Shown here one piece after another: positions 19,226 to 28,433 of a stretch of DNA of 58,425 nt; position 1 is the stretch's first letter, and each line of letters begins with the position of its first letter. The notes under the pieces are model-generated. The model was not told where the DNA came from. It was given only the letters and a program-made list of their open reading frames with translations, and did no database searches. This DNA comes from an uncultured Candidatus Saccharibacteria bacterium (GTDB lineage Bacteria; Patescibacteriota; Minisyncoccia; Phycocordibacterales; Phycocordibacteraceae): assembly GCA_964434255.1 (NCBI GenBank), contig CAYSUL010000002.1, positions 6,463-64,887 on the forward strand, given 5' to 3'. Made by a program: the position numbers and the translations under genes.

Positions 19226-20433
19226 GACTTAAGGTACGGACGCCTCTGCGCAGTCACATTGAATTTCTCGATCAGCTGCTCCGCGAACGGGAGAAGCCGT
19301 TCTTCATGCGCGTGCGGATTAGGTATGACCGGCGTGTCCGTTCCCTGCAGGCGCGGATGCCGTAGCTTCTTCATGGTCTCGTAGAACTCCTCCTCGGTCG
19401 AGCCTGAGATAGCAAGGTAATAATCGAGTGCGTGCGGACGCATCGGATCGTGCTTTCTAATAAGCTCGAACCCTTCGTCGCGAGTAAGAAGTCCGTTGCG
19501 CACATCGACACTTGCCTGCTCGGTCGTCCTGCCATATCCACGCTTAAGGTAGCAGGTGAAATCGTGCATACCGGACATGATGTCCTCGACACTCTTGTAT
19601 CGCTTATAGGTTCCCTCCATCTGCGTCTCCTTCCAGCCATAGGTATCGCGTAGGAATTCCGTCTGGCGCTCATCGTCCCAGAAGAGATAATCGCCCAAGT
19701 GGAGGCCCCACACACCTACTGTGTCTATTTCCTCCTGCGACGGCACAGTGAACGGGAATAGGTCGCGTGCACTCACCTCAGTGTCAACCATCTCATCGGC
19801 ACGCAATCGCGCCGACTGCTGTATGAAATACTCGCGATCGAAGGCATGCACCGGATCGGCATAGGTCGCGCGACCGGAGTTTTCCGCGAGCGATTCGCCC
19901 CATATCAGGAGCGGTATCTTGAACCGCACCGCCACCTGGAGCGGGAACGAACCGACGCCCGCGTGATCATGCCAGCTCACATCCCCGATGCCTTCGACCG
20001 ACTTCTTCACTAATCGATTGATGAGTCCACGATTCGGCGTGAACGCGATGTGGTCCACATTGAATATCTCTAGGCTGTTCTGCAGGTTGTACCACCCGCT
20101 CTCGCTCCACCAATTATGACTGAATGTCACGGCGAGCGGTTTCATCCCATATACCTTTGTGAGGACATGGAGCTGATAGGTACTGTCCTTTCCGCCACTG
20201 ATGGGAATGATGCAATCATAATTATCACCTGCCGCGGCTTTCGCTTCTTCGAGTATCGTGCGGAACGCCTTCTCGCGTTCCACCCAATTGATATGAATCT
20301 TCTGTTCTGAGGACTGACATGCTTGGCAGACGCCCATCTCATCGAACCCGACGCCATGTTGCGTCTCGGGTATACAGCAGCGTGTGCAGTATTGCAGATG
20401 CGGGAAAAGCGGGCCGGGACGTACGTGCGGCAT
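19222..20433 (-). CDS. N-acetyl-sugar amidotransferase (PP-loop; WbpG/WbuX/PseA type)
   Basis: 403 aa. It has an N-terminal Cys cluster CTRCCIPETQ..GVCQAC and a PP-loop IIPISGGKDSTYQ. Confidence 0.8.
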   Translation of the reverse strand: MPHVRPGPLFPHLQYCTRCCIPETQHGVGFDEMGVCQACQSSEQKIHINWVEREKAFRTILEEAKAAAGDNYDCIIPISGGKDSTYQLHVLTKVYGMKPLAVTFSHNWWSESGWYNLQNSLEIFNVDHIAFTPNRGLINRLVKKSVEGIGDVSWHDHAGVGSFPLQVAVRFKIPLLIWGESLAENSGRATYADPVHAFDREYFIQQSARLRADEMVDTEVSARDLFPFTVPSQEEIDTVGVWGLHLGDYLFWDDERQTEFLRDTYGWKETQMEGTYKRYKSVEDIMSGMHDFTCYLKRGYGRTTEQASVDVRNGLLTRDEGFELIRKHDPMRPHALDYYLAISGSTEEEFYETMKKLRHPRLQGTDTPVIPNPHAHEERLLPFAEQLIEKFNVTAQRRPYLKS

Positions 20434-20438
20434 AGGCG

Positions 20439-20987
20439 CTAGGGCGCGGAGAATTCGGCAGCGAGCAGGCCGTACTCGACAATGTCGACGTACTCCCCCG
20501 CCTTGAAGAAGGCCTCACGGCGCACGCCCTCCTCCGTGAAGCCAAGAGTGACCGCAAGCTTTTTCATCGCCTCGTTCTTGCTCGATGTGCCGCAGTATAT
20601 CCGGTGCAGATTCAAGGCGCCGAACCCATGCGCCAGTATGAGTACCGACGCCTCCTTGGCGATGCCCTGCCCCCAATAGCTTTTATCGCCGATCATAATC
20701 GCGTACTCCGCATTCCGACTCACATAGTCGATCTGCTGGAGCGAGATGTTCCCAATGTGCTTGCCGGTGTCTTTGGCAACGATTGCAAGGACAAGATTCC
20801 TTTTCAAGTCCGCTACCTCGGCAAGGTAGGCACGTGCGGCCTCTATGGTGTAGGGGAATACATGATGTCCGTTATGGGCCCCAACCTCCGAGTCGTTCAG
20901 CCAGCTGATATAGTCGCCCGCGAGGTCCTCCTCTGCCAAAGGACGTAGGGCTATGCGGGTTCCGTCTATAAAAATGGAGGAAATCAT
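20439..20987 (-). CDS. GNAT-family N-acetyltransferase (RimJ/RimL/PseH-like)
   Basis: 182 aa. It has WGQGIAKEA and a YCGTSSKNEAMKKLAVTLGF acetyl-CoA-binding-type region. Confidence 0.85.
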   Translation of the reverse strand: MISSIFIDGTRIALRPLAEEDLAGDYISWLNDSEVGAHNGHHVFPYTIEAARAYLAEVADLKRNLVLAIVAKDTGKHIGNISLQQIDYVSRNAEYAIMIGDKSYWGQGIAKEASVLILAHGFGALNLHRIYCGTSSKNEAMKKLAVTLGFTEEGVRREAFFKAGEYVDIVEYGLLAAEFSAP

Positions 20988-21096
20988 GGGTACGATATGC
21001 GCCAGTATACTATGGAAACCGGCGCGCTACGGCCTACGTTACACTCTATATAGCTAGTGCACGGTATATACTACGCAGTATCTTCCCCTGTCTTTC

Positions 21097-22617
21097 ATGA
21101 AAATCAGCTTCTTCCTCCAGCGCCGGTTCGCCTACATAGGGCATGCCATGGCCAGCCACATACAGACACAGTGGCCGGGCACCCAATTCAGTGCCATCGT
21201 CCAGATGCGGCAGGGATACGACTTCCTCGTGGCGCAGAAGGACATCCCCTACCACTCCCTTATTCTCGATGAGGATATCTTCCAAAAAATACGGCACGAG
21301 AAAGTGGACCCCGCCTACATTGATTGGCTCGAAAGCGAGTATGGGATTCCAAATCTCTGGCCGTACCTATATATAGATCGCGTGGTCATGAATGGCCAGC
21401 TCGTTCGAGAATATCCGCACCACACGCCGATTCTTTCGCATGAAGAGATGCTCGCGTGCGTGCAGGTGTACGCCAAAGAGATTATCGCCTTCTTGGACCG
21501 GGAGCGGCCGGACGCGGTCGTCCTATCGGTTGTCGGTTGCGTGTCCGCGCTACTGCTCTACCACATTGCCAGGAAGCGCGGCATTCAGACGATAAATATC
21601 GAATTCGCGCGCATCGGCAATCGCATCGTGTACTCGGAAGACTACCGCACCTTGTCATGGGTCAAAGAACGTTTTCTTGCCATTCAAGCGGGACGTATCT
21701 CCACTGCCCAGAACGAAGCAATCGCGTTTCTCGAGACATTCCGGAAACAGCCAGCACCCTACGATGCCGATTACATGCAGGAGTTCTATGCAAAGAAAGG
21801 CCGTCTCTCTGCGCTTTCCTTCCTCCGTCCAAAAAAACTGCTTCGGAGCATTCCTTGGCATATCGGCACGTTCTTTCATGATCTTCGTAGGGCTCGAAAC
21901 CCCGACTACACGGACATTTTTATTTGGTGGTCGCTCTTCGACAAGCTGAAGCGAAAATTTCGCTCCTTTATCGGCTTTTCGGATCTCTATGACGCTCCTG
22001 ATTTCTCGGTATCCTTCGCTTATGTACCGCTCCATATCGAACCAGAAATAGCGATGATGCTCTATGCACCGTATTACACGAACCAAATCGAGCTCATCAG
22101 GGCGGCCGCGCGCGCCCTCCCGCTTTCCATGCTGCTCTATGTAAAGGAGCATCCGGGAATGGTCGGATATCGTACACGCGCCTTCTACAAAGAAATCCGG
22201 AAGATCCCGAATGTACGCCTCATTGCCCCGCACCTATCCGGAACGGAACTTGCCCGACATGCCGCGCTCACTATCACTATCACGAGTACGAGCGGATGGG
22301 AGGCCCTCCTGCTTAAAAAGCCGGTCATTACTTTCGGTGACGTCTTCTTCAATGATATCCCCAACGTCCTCAAGTGCCAGGGATTCGACGAGCTGCCATA
22401 TCTTGTCAAACGGCAGCTGACCGAGTGGCGACATGACGAAGAGACGCTCGTGAACTATATTGCCGCGCTCATCGAGGATTCCGTAGAAGTCGACTTCAGC
22501 GAGCTGTGGAACCGCGGCGCATCAGCAGACGAAATGAAGCAGGATGCGGGCATGCGCGCCCTCTCGCTTCTCCTCGGCGAGAAGGTCGGCCTCACCCCCC
22601 TGCCCACCCTTCCATGA
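21097..22617 (+). CDS. Capsule-biosynthesis KpsS/KpsC-like (Capsule_synth) protein; candidate ulosonic-acid transferase
   Basis: 506 aa. It has FAYVPLHIEPE, LYVKEHPG and ITITSTSGWEALLLKKPVITFG, matching the pattern I recall for PF05159. First gene of the plus-strand unit. Confidence 0.5.
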   Translation: MKISFFLQRRFAYIGHAMASHIQTQWPGTQFSAIVQMRQGYDFLVAQKDIPYHSLILDEDIFQKIRHEKVDPAYIDWLESEYGIPNLWPYLYIDRVVMNGQLVREYPHHTPILSHEEMLACVQVYAKEIIAFLDRERPDAVVLSVVGCVSALLLYHIARKRGIQTINIEFARIGNRIVYSEDYRTLSWVKERFLAIQAGRISTAQNEAIAFLETFRKQPAPYDADYMQEFYAKKGRLSALSFLRPKKLLRSIPWHIGTFFHDLRRARNPDYTDIFIWWSLFDKLKRKFRSFIGFSDLYDAPDFSVSFAYVPLHIEPEIAMMLYAPYYTNQIELIRAAARALPLSMLLYVKEHPGMVGYRTRAFYKEIRKIPNVRLIAPHLSGTELARHAALTITITSTSGWEALLLKKPVITFGDVFFNDIPNVLKCQGFDELPYLVKRQLTEWRHDEETLVNYIAALIEDSVEVDFSELWNRGASADEMKQDAGMRALSLLLGEKVGLTPLPTLP

Positions 22618-24086
22618 GCGACGCTACGCCCGGAGCGCTCGGACAGTCGCTCGTTGCCGGCCGGTGGTCGCTTATAAACACGATTGCGCAGCGAGTGCTC
22701 GTGTTCGGCTCGTTCTTGGTCCTCGCCCGATTCCTCGTCCCTGGCGACTTCGGTATCGTCGCCCTTATCGCCATCGTGCCGAGCCTGCTCGACGGCATCA
22801 CCGCACTCGCGTTTGATACGGCAGTCATACAGAAGAAGGGCGCCATAGACCGGTATCTGAACGTCATATGGACATTCAACATCCTGCGCGGCACGGGCAT
22901 ATTTCTCATAGTGTTCGCTGCTGCCCCCTTCATCGCCGCATTCTTCAACATCCCCGACGCCCTGCCAGCACTTCAGCTCGCTGGTCTCGGCATATTCATC
23001 CAAGGATTTATAAATATCGGCCAGACGTACTTCTTCGTAACCCTTGATTTCAAGAAAGTGTTTATCCGAGACATGGTACTCAAAGTGAGCTACGCCATAT
23101 TCGCCGTGGCGCTCGCCTACTCGCTGCATTCTTACTGGGCACTCTTCTTCGGACAGATCGGCTCGGTTCTCGCGCTCGTCATCGCCACCTACGTACTGCA
23201 TCCGTACCGACCGCGACTCGATTTCGATTTCGGCAAGCTTAAAGAACTGCTTTCGTTCAGCCAGTGGCTTTTGGGGCAGGAAGCGCTGAACCAAATCGTG
23301 CGTTCAACAGAGGATACGCTTATCGGCCGATTTGCCGGCCCCACCGACCTCGGCCTTTTCGGAAAAGCGAAAGCGCTTGCCACGGCGCCTACCTCCCCTA
23401 TCGTGAGCCTCATCAACAAGGTGAGCTTCACGTCCTATGCCAGGCTCCAGGATTCGCTCGAGCACGTTATTGAAGGAATGAACAAGACCTTGGATATCCT
23501 ACTCGCGCTCGCGATTCCGTATCTTATCGTCGTCTTGGTGACTGGCAACCGCATCGTACTCCTGCTGCTCGGTCCCGATTGGACGGCGCTCACTCCGTAC
23601 CTTCAGATTCTGGTCGTCGGCGCAACATTCGATATGCTCTTCGTTACTGTCGCCGCCTCCCTATTCAACGCGCTTGGCAGGTCGCGAACTCAATTCATGA
23701 TCAGTTCGGTTTACGCCGTGAGCATCCTTGCCGGATTCTTCCTGCTGGTGCCCTCGCTTGGCATCCTTGGCGCCGCACTTGCAACCACATTCAGCATGGC
23801 ATTGACGGCTATGCTCACGCTGTATTATATACGGACGATTCTACACATGAACTTCGCTCGCATCGGCTGGAGCTTGGTGAGTACCGCACTGTCATGCGCA
23901 CTGCCCGTACTCGTCGCGTACCAATTGCTCCGGTACCCGTTCTTCAATAGCAACATCGGGTACTGCCTGCTCATAGGCCTTGCTGGGATACTCTACGCAG
24001 GCGGCCTCTATCTCATGCATGCGCTATTTAAAAAAGGCCCGTATCATACCCTTGAGCTCGTCCTGCGCTCATTCATACGCCCATGA
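22614..24086 (+). CDS. Wzx-like polysaccharide flippase (MOP superfamily)
   Basis: Start at MSDATPG (ATGA overlap at 22614-22617). About 12-14 hydrophobic helices, and an N-terminus (WSLINTIAQRVLVFGSFLVLARFL) typical of Polysacc_synt proteins. Confidence 0.8.
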   Translation: MSDATPGALGQSLVAGRWSLINTIAQRVLVFGSFLVLARFLVPGDFGIVALIAIVPSLLDGITALAFDTAVIQKKGAIDRYLNVIWTFNILRGTGIFLIVFAAAPFIAAFFNIPDALPALQLAGLGIFIQGFINIGQTYFFVTLDFKKVFIRDMVLKVSYAIFAVALAYSLHSYWALFFGQIGSVLALVIATYVLHPYRPRLDFDFGKLKELLSFSQWLLGQEALNQIVRSTEDTLIGRFAGPTDLGLFGKAKALATAPTSPIVSLINKVSFTSYARLQDSLEHVIEGMNKTLDILLALAIPYLIVVLVTGNRIVLLLLGPDWTALTPYLQILVVGATFDMLFVTVAASLFNALGRSRTQFMISSVYAVSILAGFFLLVPSLGILGAALATTFSMALTAMLTLYYIRTILHMNFARIGWSLVSTALSCALPVLVAYQLLRYPFFNSNIGYCLLIGLAGILYAGGLYLMHALFKKGPYHTLELVLRSFIRP

Positions 24087-25030
24087 CCACCCACACCGTA
24101 CTTGTCACCGGAGCGGCCGGCTTCATCGGTTCGCATCTCATCGACCGACTAGAGCGCGAGGAGCGCTATGCCGTACAGGCGCTCTCGCGAGAACCACACG
24201 AAGACACTCAGCGCGTTACGTTTGTGCGCGGCGACCTCGCGTCGCCCGAGACATTCCGTATGGCGCTTGCCGACTCGACGGCAGTCGTGCACCTTGCCTC
24301 CGTCATCGACATAACGCAATCGCTCGCCGCGCCGAGAGAGAACATCGACCGCAATGTCGACATGCTCCTCTCGCTCCTCGAAGAGATACGGAAGGGCGGG
24401 AAAAAGCAGCTGGTGATTTTCACCTCCACGGATCGCCTGTACGGTAGGACGACGAAGCGTGTCGTGACCGAGACCGAGACGCCGTTCCCGCTTGAGCCGT
24501 ATACCGCCGCGAAAATTATGTGCGAGACACTGCTTACCACCTATCAGTCGCTCTATGGGATTCCCTATATCGTGCTTCGCATGGACAGTGTCTATGGCCC
24601 TCGCCAACCGCGGACCATGTTCATATCCGATATCATCCAGAAAATGATTACTGAGAGTACGGTACTCGTCGGTAATCTCGCCGCAAAAAAGAACTTTGTC
24701 TATGTGGGGGATGTGGTCGATGCGCTTGTGGCGGCCCTAGATGCGCCAGAGCGCATGCATAATACGGCGTACAATATCGGCGGCCCGCTCGTATCCATGG
24801 AGGATATAGCGCACATCGTGCAACGACTCATCGAAACTAGACTCACCAAATCTATTACGATACGCTCATCAGAAGCGCTTAAACGCCCGTCGAACATAGA
24901 GGTCAGGCCGTTCCGACTCTCTACTGCGAAGGCGCGAAGATGTCTTGGCTGGAAACCACGGACGACGCTTGCCGACGGACTTGCGGCAACTATCAATTAT
25001 TTCGTACACGAACATGAAACCCAAGGATGA
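24083..25030 (+). CDS. NAD-dependent sugar epimerase/dehydratase (extended SDR)
   Basis: It has VLVTGAAGFIGSHL, an STD..Y motif and YTAAK (YxxxK). Confidence 0.85.
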   Translation: MTTHTVLVTGAAGFIGSHLIDRLEREERYAVQALSREPHEDTQRVTFVRGDLASPETFRMALADSTAVVHLASVIDITQSLAAPRENIDRNVDMLLSLLEEIRKGGKKQLVIFTSTDRLYGRTTKRVVTETETPFPLEPYTAAKIMCETLLTTYQSLYGIPYIVLRMDSVYGPRQPRTMFISDIIQKMITESTVLVGNLAAKKNFVYVGDVVDALVAALDAPERMHNTAYNIGGPLVSMEDIAHIVQRLIETRLTKSITIRSSEALKRPSNIEVRPFRLSTAKARRCLGWKPRTTLADGLAATINYFVHEHETQG

Positions 25031-26291
25031 TTCAAGACAGCTTTTCGCACTCCTTAAAAAGGTCGTCAACGCGCGCACCAAACAGAATCTTCCGCCGCCT
25101 GGACGCGTGAGTATCGGGTGGCCGGTATTCGATCATCGCGAAATCGGGAATGCGCTTTCTTCCTTGCTCGATATGCGCATTTCGCAAGGTCCGAAGGTCC
25201 GGGAATTTGAGGCAGCCTGCGCTGCGTACATCGGGAAGAAATATGCCGTCGCAGTAAATTCCGGCTCATCCGCAAATCTTCTCGCGCTTACGGCGCTCGT
25301 CGCTTCCGGTAGATGTCCCAAGGGTTCGGAAGTCATCTTGCCGGCAACGACCTTCGCGACCGTCGCTTCGCCCATCCTGCAAGTCGGGCTGGTGCCAGTC
25401 TACGTCGATGTCGACCCAGTCTCGTGGAACCTCGACCCGAAAGAAGTGGAGAAAGCGATCTCCCCGAAGACCAGCGCCATTATGCCGGTTCATACCTTCG
25501 GCAACCCGGCGGATATGCGCCGCATCATGCGTATAGCGAAGAAGCACGCACTCGCCGTTCTTGAGGACTGTTGTGAGGCGCACGGCGCAGCCATTGACGG
25601 CAAGAAAGTCGGCTCCTTCGGCGACCTTTCCACGCTCAGCTTTTTCGTCGCGCACAACATCACCACCGGCGAAGGCGGCATGATATTTACCGATGACGCG
25701 TCCATGCGCGACCTGCTTCAATCGCTCCGTGAATTCGGTCGCCTCCCCGCGCACATCTCCGACGCAGAGCGCTTCACCTACGATGACCAGGTACTCAAGG
25801 GATTCGATGCGCGATACATCTTTACCCGAGTCGGATACAACGTGCGTATGACCGACGTCACCGCCGCACTCGGTATCGAGCAAATCAAGAAACTGGACCG
25901 CCTGAACGCAAAACGAGTCGCTACCGTAGCAACGTATAACAAAGCATTTGCTCCGTACGAAAAATACCTGACACTACCGAAAGTGGCGCCCGGCGCCTAT
26001 CACAGCTACTACGGCTATCCATTTATGCTGAAGAAAAGCGCACCGTTTGGCCGTCTCGATCTCGTGCTCTTCCTCGAAAAGCACGGTATCGAGACCCGTC
26101 CGTTCTTCGGCGGATGCCTCCCCGACCAGCCTGCCTTTAGAAACGAACCCAAGCGCGTCGTCGGCGCGCTCCCCGTCGCGCGCGAGGCGCGAGATCAGAG
26201 CATATTCATCGGCTGCCATCCCGCACTCACGCCAGAACATATCCGTCACACCATCGCCGTCTTCAAGGAATTCTTCGCGAGCTACCCTTAG
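25014..26291 (+). CDS. DegT-fold sugar 3-dehydratase type (RfbH/E1/ColD-like), with His in place of the PLP lysine
   Basis: Start at MKPKDD (25014). The active-site block SFFVAHNITTGEGG has His where aminotransferases carry Lys (compare SFYPAHHITMGEGG in E1/RfbH). It also has NSGSSANLLAL. Confidence 0.7.
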   Translation: MKPKDDSRQLFALLKKVVNARTKQNLPPPGRVSIGWPVFDHREIGNALSSLLDMRISQGPKVREFEAACAAYIGKKYAVAVNSGSSANLLALTALVASGRCPKGSEVILPATTFATVASPILQVGLVPVYVDVDPVSWNLDPKEVEKAISPKTSAIMPVHTFGNPADMRRIMRIAKKHALAVLEDCCEAHGAAIDGKKVGSFGDLSTLSFFVAHNITTGEGGMIFTDDASMRDLLQSLREFGRLPAHISDAERFTYDDQVLKGFDARYIFTRVGYNVRMTDVTAALGIEQIKKLDRLNAKRVATVATYNKAFAPYEKYLTLPKVAPGAYHSYYGYPFMLKKSAPFGRLDLVLFLEKHGIETRPFFGGCLPDQPAFRNEPKRVVGALPVAREARDQSIFIGCHPALTPEHIRHTIAVFKEFFASYP

Positions 26292-26295
26292 ACGC

Positions 26296-27444
26296 ATGCG
26301 CATACTCTTCGTCACATCCAAGCTAAATTTCGAAAGTGGGGGCGGCTCCGTTCCTGATTTGAATCTAAAGGCGCGCACGCTCACCGACTTCGGCCACGCA
26401 GTCTCTGTGCTCACGGTGTTCAAGGAACGCAATAGCGAGCTTGGCACGCTTCCCTACACCGTACTTGAAGAGCACGTGCCCGCGCGCGCACCCCTGCTCG
26501 CCGTACAGAAAAATATCGTGCGCATCCTGCGTACCCACGAAGCATCCTTCGATGTTTTTCACATCGAAGGCCAATTCACCTACGGCGCCGGCCTCTATCG
26601 ACTTCTTGGCGGGCGCATACCGGTTGTCGTGTTCTGCAACCGCGAAATGCCTATCTGGGCCCCGGTTGCGGGCGTCGCTTCGTCCATCAAGCGGGCACTC
26701 CGCATCGGCATTGAAAGAACGCTCGGTTCCCTGTTGGCGCGAAGCATCGACCACTACATATTCACGAACCCTATCCTTGCCAAGGAATACCGGACCTTCG
26801 GGTACCGTGCTCCCTATACGATTATGACCGATTTTGTTAACCCGGAGGAGAAGCGCGCACGAATCGGGGCATCGCTCCCCATTCCGGCACAGCGAGGTAT
26901 GGAAAAGCCGGTCTACACGCTATTTGCTTCCGGCCGCATGATTCCGGGAAAGGGCTTCCACCTCCTTATCGAAGCACTTTCCCATATTCCCGACCCGTGC
27001 GTGCGTCTCGTCCTTTCTGGGAACGGGCCCGAGCGCGAGCATCTTGAGGCGCTCGCAGAGAAGAAAGGCGTCCGTGACCGTATAACCTTTCCCGGGTGGG
27101 TAGCGGAGCAGGAACTTATGCGCCATATCCAGTCGGCGGACATATTCGTACTTCCGGCATGGCGCACTGACCTTACATCGGTACTCCTCCTTGAGGCGCT
27201 CGTCTTTGCGACACCGGTCATCGTGCCAAGCGATACCGCCCTCGCATGGGTCGCAGGGAAAAGTGCGCTCCACTTCAGGGACGGCGACGCGCGGGATCTG
27301 GCACGAGCGATTACGGAACTCATCGCCTCCTCCGCTCTTCGCGTGGAGCTGTCGAAGGGAGCTGTCGAGCGCCTGCAGGAACTCGAGTACCACGCCATGG
27401 CACGCACCCTGGAGTCCAGGATGCATGCGCTTACCACCCGCTAA
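26296..27444 (+). CDS. GT4-family glycosyltransferase
   Basis: Start at MRILFVTSK (26296). The C-terminal lobe has FPGW..ADIFVLP..E....LEA. Confidence 0.85.
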   Translation: MRILFVTSKLNFESGGGSVPDLNLKARTLTDFGHAVSVLTVFKERNSELGTLPYTVLEEHVPARAPLLAVQKNIVRILRTHEASFDVFHIEGQFTYGAGLYRLLGGRIPVVVFCNREMPIWAPVAGVASSIKRALRIGIERTLGSLLARSIDHYIFTNPILAKEYRTFGYRAPYTIMTDFVNPEEKRARIGASLPIPAQRGMEKPVYTLFASGRMIPGKGFHLLIEALSHIPDPCVRLVLSGNGPEREHLEALAEKKGVRDRITFPGWVAEQELMRHIQSADIFVLPAWRTDLTSVLLLEALVFATPVIVPSDTALAWVAGKSALHFRDGDARDLARAITELIASSALRVELSKGAVERLQELEYHAMARTLESRMHALTTR

Positions 27445-28433
27445 GCAGTCGGTGCCGGATGTTTCGCGTACCACGCAATCGTTTTTCCGAGCCCTTCTTC
27501 AAGTGCGGTCGTGGCCTCCCACCCAGTGTCGCGCTTTATTTTCGAAACGTCAGGTAGCCGGCGCTTTACACTTCCTTCAGGAGAGCGCTGTTGCTCAATC
27601 TTTGATGGTCGCCACCCCGTAAGCCTAAAGATCTGCTCGACCAACTCGTCGATGGACGTCTCTATCGATGTACCGATATGGTAGGTGCCGCCATCGGTGG
27701 TCGTTGACCCCATGACCCGTTCGATGGCCTCAACGGCATCCTCTATGTAACAAAAAGAGCGAGATTCATCGGCACCGTAGATCGTGAACGGTTCTTCCTT
27801 TTTGGCGATACGCCCCAGTATCTGCGGTATGACATGGTCGTACCCGGCGCGTGGGCCATAGAAATTATGTGGACGCACAATCGACATGCGGAAATCGTAC
27901 GCCTTTGCGTAATGTATGAAGAAAAGTTCTCCGATGAGTTTCTGTCCGCCATAAGACCAGCGTGGATTATACGTATCCGCTATGACGAGCGGGACCGTCT
28001 CCGGCGTGGGTAGCGGAAGGCTACCGAATGCTTCGAGCGCGCTCGCATACGCTTCGTTCGAAGACGTGTAGAGTATCTTCGCACCCGGTACGCCATTCTT
28101 CTGCCGGAACCACTCGAGCGCGTTCATGGTAGTCGAGACACCGATACGCAGTACTTCATGCGGAATCTCATAAAATAGTTTTGTCCCGTTTATACCAACG
28201 AAGTGATATACCTCCTCGTATCCTCCGCCAAGCGCCTCCCATGCGGCGAGGTTCGTCAGGTCGCCCTCGACAAGCCGTACGTTCGGGAGCGCGATGAGCG
28301 CCTCGAAATCAGCATCCCGCTTCCCTCGGAAAAAGTTATCGGCGAGCGTTACGTCCTCGCCTGCGCCAGCAAGACGCCTTGCCAAGGCGTGGCCGACAAA
28401 TCCCGCACCGCCGGTGATAAGAATTTTCTTCAT
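27441..28433 (-). CDS. NAD-dependent sugar epimerase/dehydratase (extended SDR)
   Basis: It has MKKILITGGAGFVGHAL, an SS..Y motif and SYGGQK. Confidence 0.85.
   Translation of the reverse strand: MKKILITGGAGFVGHALARRLAGAGEDVTLADNFFRGKRDADFEALIALPNVRLVEGDLTNLAAWEALGGGYEEVYHFVGINGTKLFYEIPHEVLRIGVSTTMNALEWFRQKNGVPGAKILYTSSNEAYASALEAFGSLPLPTPETVPLVIADTYNPRWSYGGQKLIGELFFIHYAKAYDFRMSIVRPHNFYGPRAGYDHVIPQILGRIAKKEEPFTIYGADESRSFCYIEDAVEAIERVMGSTTTDGGTYHIGTSIETSIDELVEQIFRLTGWRPSKIEQQRSPEGSVKRRLPDVSKIKRDTGWEATTALEEGLGKTIAWYAKHPAPTA

Noticed and set aside
22506-22613. Upstream extensions of the Wzx ORF (and similarly 24945-25013 and 26047-26295)
   Set aside because: The extensions overlap the preceding gene and are Pro/Arg/Ser-rich. 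ATG starts at 22614, 25014 and 26296 give canonical N-termini and short or ATGA overlaps.
22455-23294. 279-aa minus-strand ORF
   Set aside because: It is antisense to the KpsS-like/Wzx junction. The Wzx frame has clear TM periodicity.
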